A program made the position numbers and the translations under genes. From NCBI GenBank assembly GCA_963758525.1, contig CAVWVQ010000001.1, forward strand, positions 62,502 to 126,501: 64,000 nt of DNA, given 5' to 3'. How positions within the stretch are numbered: the first letter of the stretch is position 1; each line of letters begins with the position of its first letter. Below are positions 35,749-43,295 of this stretch, piece by piece. Under the pieces are notes generated by a model, which worked only from the letters and a program-made list of their open reading frames with translations, ran no database searches and was not told the DNA's origin. Source of the stretch: an uncultured Phycisphaerales bacterium. GTDB lineage: Bacteria > Planctomycetota > Phycisphaerae > Tepidisphaerales > Tepidisphaeraceae.

Positions 35749-37227
35749 ATGGGTCTTCAGGCGAGACTGCGCCATGCGATGGGGGAGCGGGTGCTGGAAA
35801 TTCCATTGAGCGTCGCGGACCGGCCTTTTGTCATCGGTCGCGGACCGGATGCAAATTTGATCGTCCCTTCCGTCTCGGTGGCGCAACGGCAATGTGTGCT
35901 CTTCGTGAGCGACGGACAATGGGTGATTCAGGAATGGACGCCGGGAGGCACGCGAATCAACGGCCACGCGCCTGATGGACCCACGCCGCTTTGCGTGGGC
36001 GATGTGCTGACGATCGGCGCGGAGGGAACCGCCGCCACATTGGAGATCGACCCCGGCGGCGCTGAGTCCGGCCGTGCCGGGAGCCCGGCGTTGGATGGGG
36101 TCCGCTCGCCGCTACTGCGGCCCGCGCCGTCGCACGGGGAACGCGCTCAACCCGCTCCCGCGCTGGCGGCACGACCGCGGCCCGTGCCGCCGAGGACGAT
36201 CGCAGCTTCCTTTCAGCAGCTGGGGTCTGCTCCGCCCCCGCCGAAACAAATCCGCAAGGCGCCGGCAGCGGCAGGGGACCCGGACGGGGAGGTTGTTGAT
36301 TGGGTTCCAGCGGTTGATTCCGTGGAGGGGATCACGCTCGGGCACTCGCGGAAGAAGTCATCGCTGATACCGCTGTTGATCTGCATGGTGCTGGCGGCGG
36401 GGATCATCGGTGGCACCGCATGGTTTGTCGTGGAGCAGCTTCAGCATCCGCAGGTCGTGGTGATCGGTGCGCTAACGCCTCCGGGAGCCGGACCGAAGAA
36501 GCCGGCGACCGCGAGCGAAGGGGCCGAGACGAGTTCTTCCGATCCGACCGCCGATGCGCCCGGCGCAGGTTCGCCCAGCGCAGATGCGCCCGGCGCCGGT
36601 CCGCCCAGCGCGGATGCGCCCGGCGCAGGTTCGCCCAGCGCAGATGCGCCCAGCGCCGGTCCGCCCAGCGCAGATGCGCCAGACAATGGTGGTTCGCCCG
36701 CCCCGTCCGCTTCGGACGATCCGGACGCCCAATCGGGCGATCTGGATTGGACCGATGTGATGGTCGCGCGCGACCTGCCGGACCCCGCCCCCGCGATCGT
36801 TCGATACGAAGACTATCGCCGGCGCAATCCCGGCAAACATGACAAAACGCTTCGCCAATTCGAGGCCGAGGCGTTCGACAGGTTGTGGTGGCGGCGGATC
36901 GCGCAGTTGTGTCATCGCCGCGTGCGGCTGGCCGTGGAAATCGAAGCCAAGAAGAAGGCGATCGCCGAAGAAAGTGATGCCTCCTTCAAAGCGCGACTTC
37001 AGTTGGAATTGGCCTCGCTGCAGCAGGATGAAAAAGCATCGAGCGACGCCTTGCACAACGACATGGGCTTCGATGCCGCCGACCCGCCCGACCTCGACGA
37101 CGAAAAAGCGATTGCCGCCGCGCGGGCAAATCGAAACAAGCAGAAATACGCAGAGTGGTCAAAGGACATCGGAACGTATGTTCGCAATCACGCCGGGGCG
37201 ACGCCGTGGGGGGATGAGGATTTGTGA
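35749..37227 (+). CDS. FHA-domain membrane protein with Pro/Ala tandem repeats and a coiled-coil C-terminal domain
   Basis: From ATG 35749: ...RPFVIGRGPDANLIVPSVSVAQRQCVLFVSDGQWVIQEWTPGGTRINGH...GDVLTIG... (FHA). TM segment LIPLLICMVLAAGIIGGTAWFVV. DAPGAG(S/P)PSA repeats. Charged helical C-terminus. Confidence 0.8.
   Translation: MGLQARLRHAMGERVLEIPLSVADRPFVIGRGPDANLIVPSVSVAQRQCVLFVSDGQWVIQEWTPGGTRINGHAPDGPTPLCVGDVLTIGAEGTAATLEIDPGGAESGRAGSPALDGVRSPLLRPAPSHGERAQPAPALAARPRPVPPRTIAASFQQLGSAPPPPKQIRKAPAAAGDPDGEVVDWVPAVDSVEGITLGHSRKKSSLIPLLICMVLAAGIIGGTAWFVVEQLQHPQVVVIGALTPPGAGPKKPATASEGAETSSSDPTADAPGAGSPSADAPGAGPPSADAPGAGSPSADAPSAGPPSADAPDNGGSPAPSASDDPDAQSGDLDWTDVMVARDLPDPAPAIVRYEDYRRRNPGKHDKTLRQFEAEAFDRLWWRRIAQLCHRRVRLAVEIEAKKKAIAEESDASFKARLQLELASLQQDEKASSDALHNDMGFDAADPPDLDDEKAIAAARANRNKQKYAEWSKDIGTYVRNHAGATPWGDEDL
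36553..36684 (+). repeat. 30-bp tandem repeat (about 4.4 copies, 60-bp higher-order unit) inside the FHA gene
   Basis: GATGCGCCCGGCGCAGGTTCGCCCAGCGCA alternates with GATGCGCCCGGCGCCGGTCCGCCCAGCGCG. Units 1 and 3 are identical. The repeat encodes (DAPGAGSPSA/DAPGAGPPSA)n. Confidence 0.9.
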
Positions 37228-37250
37228 AAATCACCAATCACAAGCCCGAC

Positions 37251-38003
37251 CTACCACGTCAGCGCATCCAGATGCCGCTGAATGTCCCCCGCGCTTCCAA
37301 AGCGCTCGAGGATCAGTGAATCTTTTTGTCCGCGAATGATGTCCTTCACCACCTTCGGCTGGCGGCTGTATCGCTTTCGCCCTCCGACGATCGTGTAAAA
37401 CACTTCGATCAGATTCAGAACGTCCTTGTGGATCTTGCTGCGCGTCGGCCGGCCGAGATCGAAGAAGTCGAGCAGCTTTACTTCAAAGCCGATGCCGCGC
37501 CGGCGGATCATGATGTTGTCGTCGTGAATGTCGCCGTGATATTCTCCCACCGCGTGAATCGGCGCGATTCCCTTGGCCAGCACGTAAAGCACGTGGAGCG
37601 CCTCGAAAGTGGTCAGCCGGTGCTCGCGCTGGGCAACGAGAAACTCGCTGAGCTTCTGGCCCTCAACCAGTTCGCTGATCACCACCATGACTTTCCGCCG
37701 ACGGAAGTAGGCGATCTCCTGATGGTGATACTGCATGAGAATGGGACAGTGCCGCAGCGCGTCGAGCTTGCGTGCGTATGCGATGGCGGCTTTGCCCATC
37801 GGGTCGCGATGGGGGTAATAGAACTTGGCCGCGCGGCGGATGCCCGTCGCCCGCTCGACGATCGAGTAGACTTCCCCTTCCCATCCGCTTCCCAGCAACC
37901 CCTCGATCAGATATTTGCCTGCGACGCTCCGCCCCGGCGGGAAGTCGAATCGTTTCACTTTGCCGGGCCTGTACATACGCTCATATTGGGAGCCGCCGGG
38001 CAA
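37251..38003 (-). CDS. Small atypical protein kinase (RIO/Bud32/Kdo-kinase-like catalytic loop)
   Basis: 250 aa. ...LLGSGWEGEVYSI...RRAAKFYY..., catalytic HGDIHDDNIMI and ...KLLDFFDLG.... There are no extra domains. Convergent with the FHA gene. Confidence 0.65.
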   Translation of the reverse strand: MPGGSQYERMYRPGKVKRFDFPPGRSVAGKYLIEGLLGSGWEGEVYSIVERATGIRRAAKFYYPHRDPMGKAAIAYARKLDALRHCPILMQYHHQEIAYFRRRKVMVVISELVEGQKLSEFLVAQREHRLTTFEALHVLYVLAKGIAPIHAVGEYHGDIHDDNIMIRRRGIGFEVKLLDFFDLGRPTRSKIHKDVLNLIEVFYTIVGGRKRYSRQPKVVKDIIRGQKDSLILERFGSAGDIQRHLDALTW

Positions 38004-38166
38004 TTTTCAATCGGGGCCGGCCGGCAGTGGATTTTGATGAAAAATCGCCGGTCGTAGACAGAAAGGCCTTCCCAGAGTCCCGCGACCGAGGAACACTGTG
38101 CACCTTTGCACACCGTTCCAGCAACGTCACGTTCATCGCGAGAAACCTCTGCGCACTGAAACATTC

Positions 38167-38302
38167 CCCGTGGCACGGGCGTCCCGCCCGTGTTAGCGAC
38201 GCCGAAAATAGAGAAGCGTTGGATCAACCCGCGGAATCTGATTTGTCTTACTTCTCATGCAACCAGCATGGGCGGGACGCGCGGGACGCACATGCCACGG
38301 GG
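38167..38302. repeat. Family E: imperfect inverted pair in the divergent promoter region
   Basis: CCCCGTGGCACGGGCGTCCCGCCCGTG (38167..38193) is matched by the reverse complement of 38267..38302, CCCCGTGGCATGTGCGTCCCGCGCGTCCCGCCCATG. Confidence 0.7.
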
Positions 38303-38374
38303 ACGCCCTATTGAAACGCGATCCGCATTTATAGCCCAACGCTTTGCGGCCGAATTCGCTACAATTCTGCGCCG

Positions 38375-38764
38375 ATGGATTTTCTCAAAAGCATCGGCGG
38401 GAAAATCGTCACCGGGCTGGTGGCGCTGGCAGTGATCGCGGCAGGGGTCTCCTGGTTTGAGATGGACCCGGGCACGCGGCATGCCATCGCCTCTGACGCT
38501 GGCCGTATTCTTGCGTGGTCCGGAGTTGTCATCCTCCTGCCGTGGGTGACGTTCTTCCTCATCGGCGCCGTGGCGCGGCAGGAGAGCAACCTCGCGGGAG
38601 CCTTGCTGGTGACGGGATATACGATCGTCGAGGCGGTCGTGCTGGCGTGGTTGTTTGGGTGGTCGCTCCGCGGGGCGATGCCGTGGGTCTTCTTTTCGGC
38701 GGCAGTTTTGTTGGCCGCGGCGTATAATCTTTTCACGTGCGACTGGATCGCCGAGAAATTGTGA
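38375..38764 (+). CDS. Small 4-TM membrane protein (first gene of the kinase/zinc-ribbon/Snf7-like operon)
   Basis: 129 aa with four hydrophobic segments. Its stop lies 4 nt before the kinase ATG. I recognise no family. Confidence 0.55.
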   Translation: MDFLKSIGGKIVTGLVALAVIAAGVSWFEMDPGTRHAIASDAGRILAWSGVVILLPWVTFFLIGAVARQESNLAGALLVTGYTIVEAVVLAWLFGWSLRGAMPWVFFSAAVLLAAAYNLFTCDWIAEKL

Positions 38765-38768
38765 AGCC

Positions 38769-39824
38769 ATGATTACTCCAAATCAACGCGTCGGCGAATA
38801 CGTTCTGCAGGAAAGGATTAGCGCCGGCACTTTTGGCGAGGTTTGGAAGGCGCATCACCACGTCTGGAGCGACCAGATCGTGGCGATGAAAATCCCCACC
38901 GATCCGCAATACATCCGAAACCTCCAGCGCGAAGGCGTCACCATTCACGGGCTGGTTCATCCCAACATCGTGCGCACGTTGGCGTTCGATCCGTTTGCCG
39001 AGGTCGCGTATCTGGCGATGGAATACATTCCCGGCACCAGCCTTCGACCGGTGATTCAGAGCCGCAAGCTCAAACCGGACGACGCGGTAGCCATCATGCG
39101 GCAGGTGCTTGCGGGGCTCTCGTTTGCCCATGAGCGCGGGGTCGTGCATCGCGATATCAAGCCGGAGAATATCCTCGTCCACGAGCGCGTCGCCCAGGAA
39201 GGATATTCGTCGCCGGGGTTGATCAAGGTGACGGATTTCGGATTGGGCCAGACGTCGCAGACGATGGCGGCGGGGTCGATCGCGTACTCGGCGTCCCTGC
39301 AGACGCCGCAGGCGCAGGAAATCGCCGGCACGCTCGACTACATGGCGCCCGAGCAACGGAGCGTCCAGGAGAAAATTGACGGACGCACCGATCTCTACGC
39401 CTGCGGCGTGGTCCTTTACGAGATGCTCACCGGCGAACGACCAGCCGGCACAGAACTGCCCAGCGAGCTGAATCACGCCGTTTCGCGGCAACTCGACGAA
39501 GCGTTCCGTCGCTCCTACTCCCGGCTGGATAAGCGATTTGCTTCCGCGGCGGAGTTTGCCAAGGCGCTGGGCGGCCCGCCGCCCGTCCCGCAGACGGCGC
39601 CGCGGAGCGTGCCGTTGAATATGATGTTGCTGGAAAAGCGGGCGTGCCCGCAATGTCGTCAGTCGGTGGAAGCGGCGGACCAGTTCTGCATGCACTGCGG
39701 CGTGCAGCTGGTCGAAAACGTTCGCCGCTGTCCGCAGTGCGGCGCGTATCCCGATCTGACGGACCAGTATTGTATTTTTTGCGGACAGACGCTCAGCCGC
39801 ACTCCGATGCCGGCCGCGAGGTAA
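38769..39824 (+). CDS. Ser/Thr protein kinase (Hanks type) with C-terminal double zinc ribbon
   Basis: From ATG 38769: ...ISAGTFGEVWKA...VAMKI..., HRDIKPENIL, TDFGLG, GTLDYMAPEQ. The C-terminus reads CPQCRQ...CMHCG...CPQCGA...CIFCG. Confidence 0.85.
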   Translation: MITPNQRVGEYVLQERISAGTFGEVWKAHHHVWSDQIVAMKIPTDPQYIRNLQREGVTIHGLVHPNIVRTLAFDPFAEVAYLAMEYIPGTSLRPVIQSRKLKPDDAVAIMRQVLAGLSFAHERGVVHRDIKPENILVHERVAQEGYSSPGLIKVTDFGLGQTSQTMAAGSIAYSASLQTPQAQEIAGTLDYMAPEQRSVQEKIDGRTDLYACGVVLYEMLTGERPAGTELPSELNHAVSRQLDEAFRRSYSRLDKRFASAAEFAKALGGPPPVPQTAPRSVPLNMMLLEKRACPQCRQSVEAADQFCMHCGVQLVENVRRCPQCGAYPDLTDQYCIFCGQTLSRTPMPAAR

Positions 39825-39830
39825 AGAATC

Positions 39831-40112
39831 ATGGTGCATGTAGCCGTTGGCGCGGTGCTGTTTGCGGCCTTGATGGTCATCACCGCGGTGCTCTTCACGA
39901 TCTGGCTGGTGGCCCTGGTGGCGCGCTGGATGTGGCGCCTGGTGATGGGCGGCACTTCGCGTTCGTCATATTCTTCCAAGGGTGTTCTCGACACACGGAT
40001 GTGCAGCCGCGACCGCTGCCGGGCGGTAAATCCATCGCAGGCACAATTCTGTCGTCGCTGCGGCACCAGCTTGAACGACGCCGCCGCCGTCGGACGGCGC
40101 GTCGCCGTCTGA
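39831..40112 (+). CDS. Single-pass membrane protein with C-terminal zinc ribbon
   Basis: 93 aa. TM region VAVGAVLFAALMVITAVLFTIWLVALVA, then CSRDRC...FCRRCG. It starts 7 nt after the kinase stop. Confidence 0.6.
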   Translation: MVHVAVGAVLFAALMVITAVLFTIWLVALVARWMWRLVMGGTSRSSYSSKGVLDTRMCSRDRCRAVNPSQAQFCRRCGTSLNDAAAVGRRVAV

Positions 40113-40130
40113 TCTTCACGGAGACGATGC

Positions 40131-41062
40131 GTGAGTATGACCGTGCCCACGTCAACTGCCGCCCCGGTCGATCCCCCGGCGATGGATCCTCAATCGCAGA
40201 TGGTGCGAGCCGCCGGTTCAACCGGGTGGGGCGTGATCACTTCGGCGATCGTCGGCGCGGTTTCCTTTGGCATACTTCCCGCATTCCGCTGGTCTGGACA
40301 ATTCGCCGACATCGCCGAACGCGAAGCATCGCGCTTTCGCGGTCCGGTCCGCTGGGCGATCGCAATCGATGGATCGCAGCGGACCGCGCAGGAACTGAAC
40401 GAGCGCGTTCTCGCGTCGCTCCGCGCTGGTACCTTACGGTTTTCAGCTACGCGCTGGTCGTATACGTTGCCGTTACTTTCTCGCTGGAATTTCTCAGGCA
40501 ATCGTTTTCGATCGATCGGCTGATGCTCTATACCTATTCCTACGCGAGGCCTGAATCCGATTTCATGTGGAACGTTTTTGACGCGGACCGATGGGCTCGA
40601 TCGGAACACGCTCGCGCAGCGCATATGCTCTGGTGCGTCGCGCTGTCCGTTGCGTATGGAGCCCATTGGCTGCAGGTCCGTTGGCATCGAAAGGCCGTTC
40701 GGCGGTTTGTTCGCACCTTCAATCGCGTCGTTCAACCGCGCGGCATCCTCCCCGTGCAAATGCGCGAGCCGGGCGCCTTTCATCCGATGCTGGTCGTGGG
40801 AGCCATTCTGTTTGGTTCGTTTGGCGCCTGGTGGGGAATCCCCATGCTGCTGGCCGCTTCGGCTCAGAGTCGATATACCTTGATAACGCGCCGGTCGCTT
40901 GCAGTGCAGTTTGCCGACCGCATGAGCAAAAGAGCGGTGCAGCGCACGGTCGAAAGGCGCTGCCCAACGCAGGGCTGCCGGGCGCTGCTTCCGCCGCCCG
41001 CGAAATTTTGTCCGCAGTGCGGAGCGCGGGTGCCAGAGCCGATGATCGATCAGGTGGGTTAG
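40131..41062 (+). CDS. Polytopic membrane protein with C-terminal zinc ribbon, frame-broken near 40410-40430
   Basis: ORF 40131..40523 (...ELNERVLASLRA) joins the frame-2 reading (WYLTVFSYALVVYVAVTF...), which is the tail of track ORF 39644..41062. It ends ...RRCPTQGCRALLPPPAKFCPQCGARV.... Confidence 0.55.
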
Positions 41063-41065
41063 TCC

Positions 41066-41206
41066 ATGCCGCAAATGTATCGAATGCTCGCGGTGATTGG
41101 GTGGACGTGGTGCATCGGGTTCTTCCTTTTCCTTGCATTCAAGCTGTGCCGTTTGCCGAGGCGGACGGATGCAGCAAATTCGGATGAGTCTTCGCGAGTT
41201 GCCTGA
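41066..41206 (+). CDS. 46-aa single-TM micro-protein
   Basis: MPQMYRMLAVIGWTWCIGFFLFLAFKLCRLPRRTDAANSDESSRVA. The ATG lies 4 nt after the previous stop, and its TGA overlaps the next ATG (TGATG at 41204..41208). It is below the ORF-track length cut-off. Confidence 0.45.
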   Translation: MPQMYRMLAVIGWTWCIGFFLFLAFKLCRLPRRTDAANSDESSRVA

Positions 41207-42669
41207 TGAGCAGTACCGATCCCCTGATTCACCGCGAGCTTGAAGAGCAGATGATTCGGCACGTCGAACGCCTGCTCACCGATGATCGTCTTCGCATCGA
41301 TACCGCGATCGGCCGCCGTCCGGTCATGACGTTTATCAACAGCCCGGTGAAATCGGATCATGCGGTCGAGCTCAAGCGCCTGATGAGCGAGATGAATGTG
41401 CCGGACCGCGAGTTGCAGGCGAAGATGCCGGTCGGTCTTTCGCTCGAGGTCGCGCTGACGCGCAGGAAGCTCTTCATTTTTACGCAGACGGTGGGGCGCT
41501 TGCGCGTGTTGTGCGTCCCGCCCATGCGCGCCCTGATTGGCGGTGAAGTCCCCAGGCCGATGACGACCGGCGAGTTGCAAAAGGTGCTCGCTTCACAACC
41601 GCCGTCGACTCCCGGAGCGCCGACGACGATATTAATCGTCTCGACCAGCGGCTACACGCTTGAGGCACACGAAGCGGCCGAGCGCCGCACCGATCGCACC
41701 GTTATACTGGCTGAGCCGAACGACGCCGGCGGGTGGACCATTACCGGTCCGGCCGAAACCAAGGCGTTGACTGATCTGTTCGATCCGGAGGTGGAGGACG
41801 AGAAGCGCAGCCGCGTTCGCGAGCAGATTGAAGAGGAGAAGATGAATCTCTCCGGCGCCGGCATCGCCACCGACAAGCTCGCGGCGCGAATGCAGCTTCC
41901 GGTGCAGTTTGTCGAGGGCGAGCTGAAGGCCTACGCCAAGGCCAACCCCGGCCTGGTCGCCCGGCGACTGGATGGCCGGGTTGTTCTCTTTCGCGAGGGG
42001 TCGGGTCCGCCGGCACTCGCCGCTGGAGGTTCATCCATGCCGTTGATCGATCGCGTCAAAACACTCTTTGCCCGCAAGGGCGAGGTCGAGAAAAAAATCG
42101 CGTTTCTCTCCGAGCGCCGCACCGCTCTCTCGCAGCAGCGCGAACGTTCCTACGAAGAGATGGCGGGTATCGAGCAGCAGGAAGCGCAGCTCAAACGCCA
42201 GTTCGGCGAGGCGACCGGTACGATCACCAAGAAGCGGGTCACGAGCCAGCTTCTGCAGATGCGAAAGGATCTGGAGCGACGCCAGCAGCTTCTCTCGGTG
42301 CTGAATCAGCAGGTGGATGTCGTAAGCACGCATCTGCACAATCTGGAGCTCGTTCAGCAGGGCCAGACCGCGAAGCTGCCGGATGCGGATGAGATGACCG
42401 CCGACGCGGTCAAAGCCGAGGAGATGCTCGCGGAACTTGAAGCCAACAGTGAATTATCCGCGTCAATCGGACAGACCGGCGGAATCGCGGGGCTCAACGC
42501 CGAGGAACAGGCGCTTTACGAAGAACTCGAGCGCGAAATGAATCCCGCGAAATCCATCCCCGCGTCCTCCCCCGGGCGAAAGATCGCATCGAAGCAGGAT
42601 GAGCCGGCTCGTCCCGAGCCGACTTCCGCCCCCTCGCGGCAGCGTCGCGGCGAAGCCGAGCCCGGATAA
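41206..42669 (+). CDS. Multidomain protein: unknown N-terminal globular region plus C-terminal Snf7/ESCRT-III-like coiled coil
   Basis: 487 aa. From about aa 275: MPLIDRVKTLFARKGEVEKKIAFLSERRTALSQQRERSYEEM...LLQMRKDLERRQQLLSVLNQQVDVVSTHLHNLELVQQ...MTADAVKAEEMLAELEA...EEQALYEELEREM. This region is a paralogue of the next gene. Confidence 0.5.
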   Translation: MSSTDPLIHRELEEQMIRHVERLLTDDRLRIDTAIGRRPVMTFINSPVKSDHAVELKRLMSEMNVPDRELQAKMPVGLSLEVALTRRKLFIFTQTVGRLRVLCVPPMRALIGGEVPRPMTTGELQKVLASQPPSTPGAPTTILIVSTSGYTLEAHEAAERRTDRTVILAEPNDAGGWTITGPAETKALTDLFDPEVEDEKRSRVREQIEEEKMNLSGAGIATDKLAARMQLPVQFVEGELKAYAKANPGLVARRLDGRVVLFREGSGPPALAAGGSSMPLIDRVKTLFARKGEVEKKIAFLSERRTALSQQRERSYEEMAGIEQQEAQLKRQFGEATGTITKKRVTSQLLQMRKDLERRQQLLSVLNQQVDVVSTHLHNLELVQQGQTAKLPDADEMTADAVKAEEMLAELEANSELSASIGQTGGIAGLNAEEQALYEELEREMNPAKSIPASSPGRKIASKQDEPARPEPTSAPSRQRRGEAEPG

Positions 42670-42672
42670 ACC

Positions 42673-43286
42673 ATGGCACTGATCGACAAGTTGTTCAATC
42701 GCAAGAAGACGCTCAGCGAGCTGGACCGACAGGAGCTGCGCAAGGAAGAAATCCTGCTCGGCAAGCAGCGCGATCGTCTGTTCAAGAAGATCGAGAAGAT
42801 CAGCCAGGACAAGCAGCGCATTTTCAAGCAGGGATCCGAGCAGAAATCGCCCGAGCTGCGCAAGCGCTTGCGCAGGACTTTGAGTTGCAGACCCAGGAGC
42901 AGCTCATGGCCGCCCGTGAGCTGAATCTGCGCAGCAAAGAGCTGATGACCGTCAGCCGGCTGCGCATGGTCCGCGAAAACAAAGACGGCGGCCGGGCGCT
43001 GGGCCGGCTGAATGTCACGGACAAGGACGTTGCGCGGATCAGCCAGTGGATCGAAGACGACTCGGTCACGCAGGACATGTATCAGGAACGGCTCGACACA
43101 CTGCTGGAGTTGGGCGCTCAATCCGATAAAGACGCCGTCGCCCAGGCCGGGCTCACCGGCGCCGGCCAGGAGCTGATGCAGCTTTGGGACCAGCTCGATC
43201 GGGGGTCGATCAAGCAGGAAGAGGCGTTTGACGAAGCGGATAAAGCGGTGCGCCGACGAAATGCATCGATGGAAGGGGAGAGGTGA
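42673..43286 (+). CDS. Snf7/ESCRT-III-like coiled-coil protein (about 204 aa), frame-broken near 42865-42872
   Basis: ORFs 42673..42924 and 42885..43286 join as ...SPELRKRL then AQDFELQTQEQLMAAREL.... MALIDKLFNRKKTLSELDRQELRKEEILLGKQRDRLFKKIEK... resembles the Snf7/CHMP4 helix-1 region as I remember it. Confidence 0.5.
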
Positions 43287-43295
43287 CAAGCAAAT

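Noticed and set aside
39644-40130. N-terminal 160 codons of the long track ORF 39644..41062.
   Set aside because: This part overlaps the kinase C-terminus and the 93-aa zinc-ribbon gene in another frame and is Arg/Gly-rich nonsense. Only its portion from about 40425 onward is coding, as the continuation of the 40131 gene.
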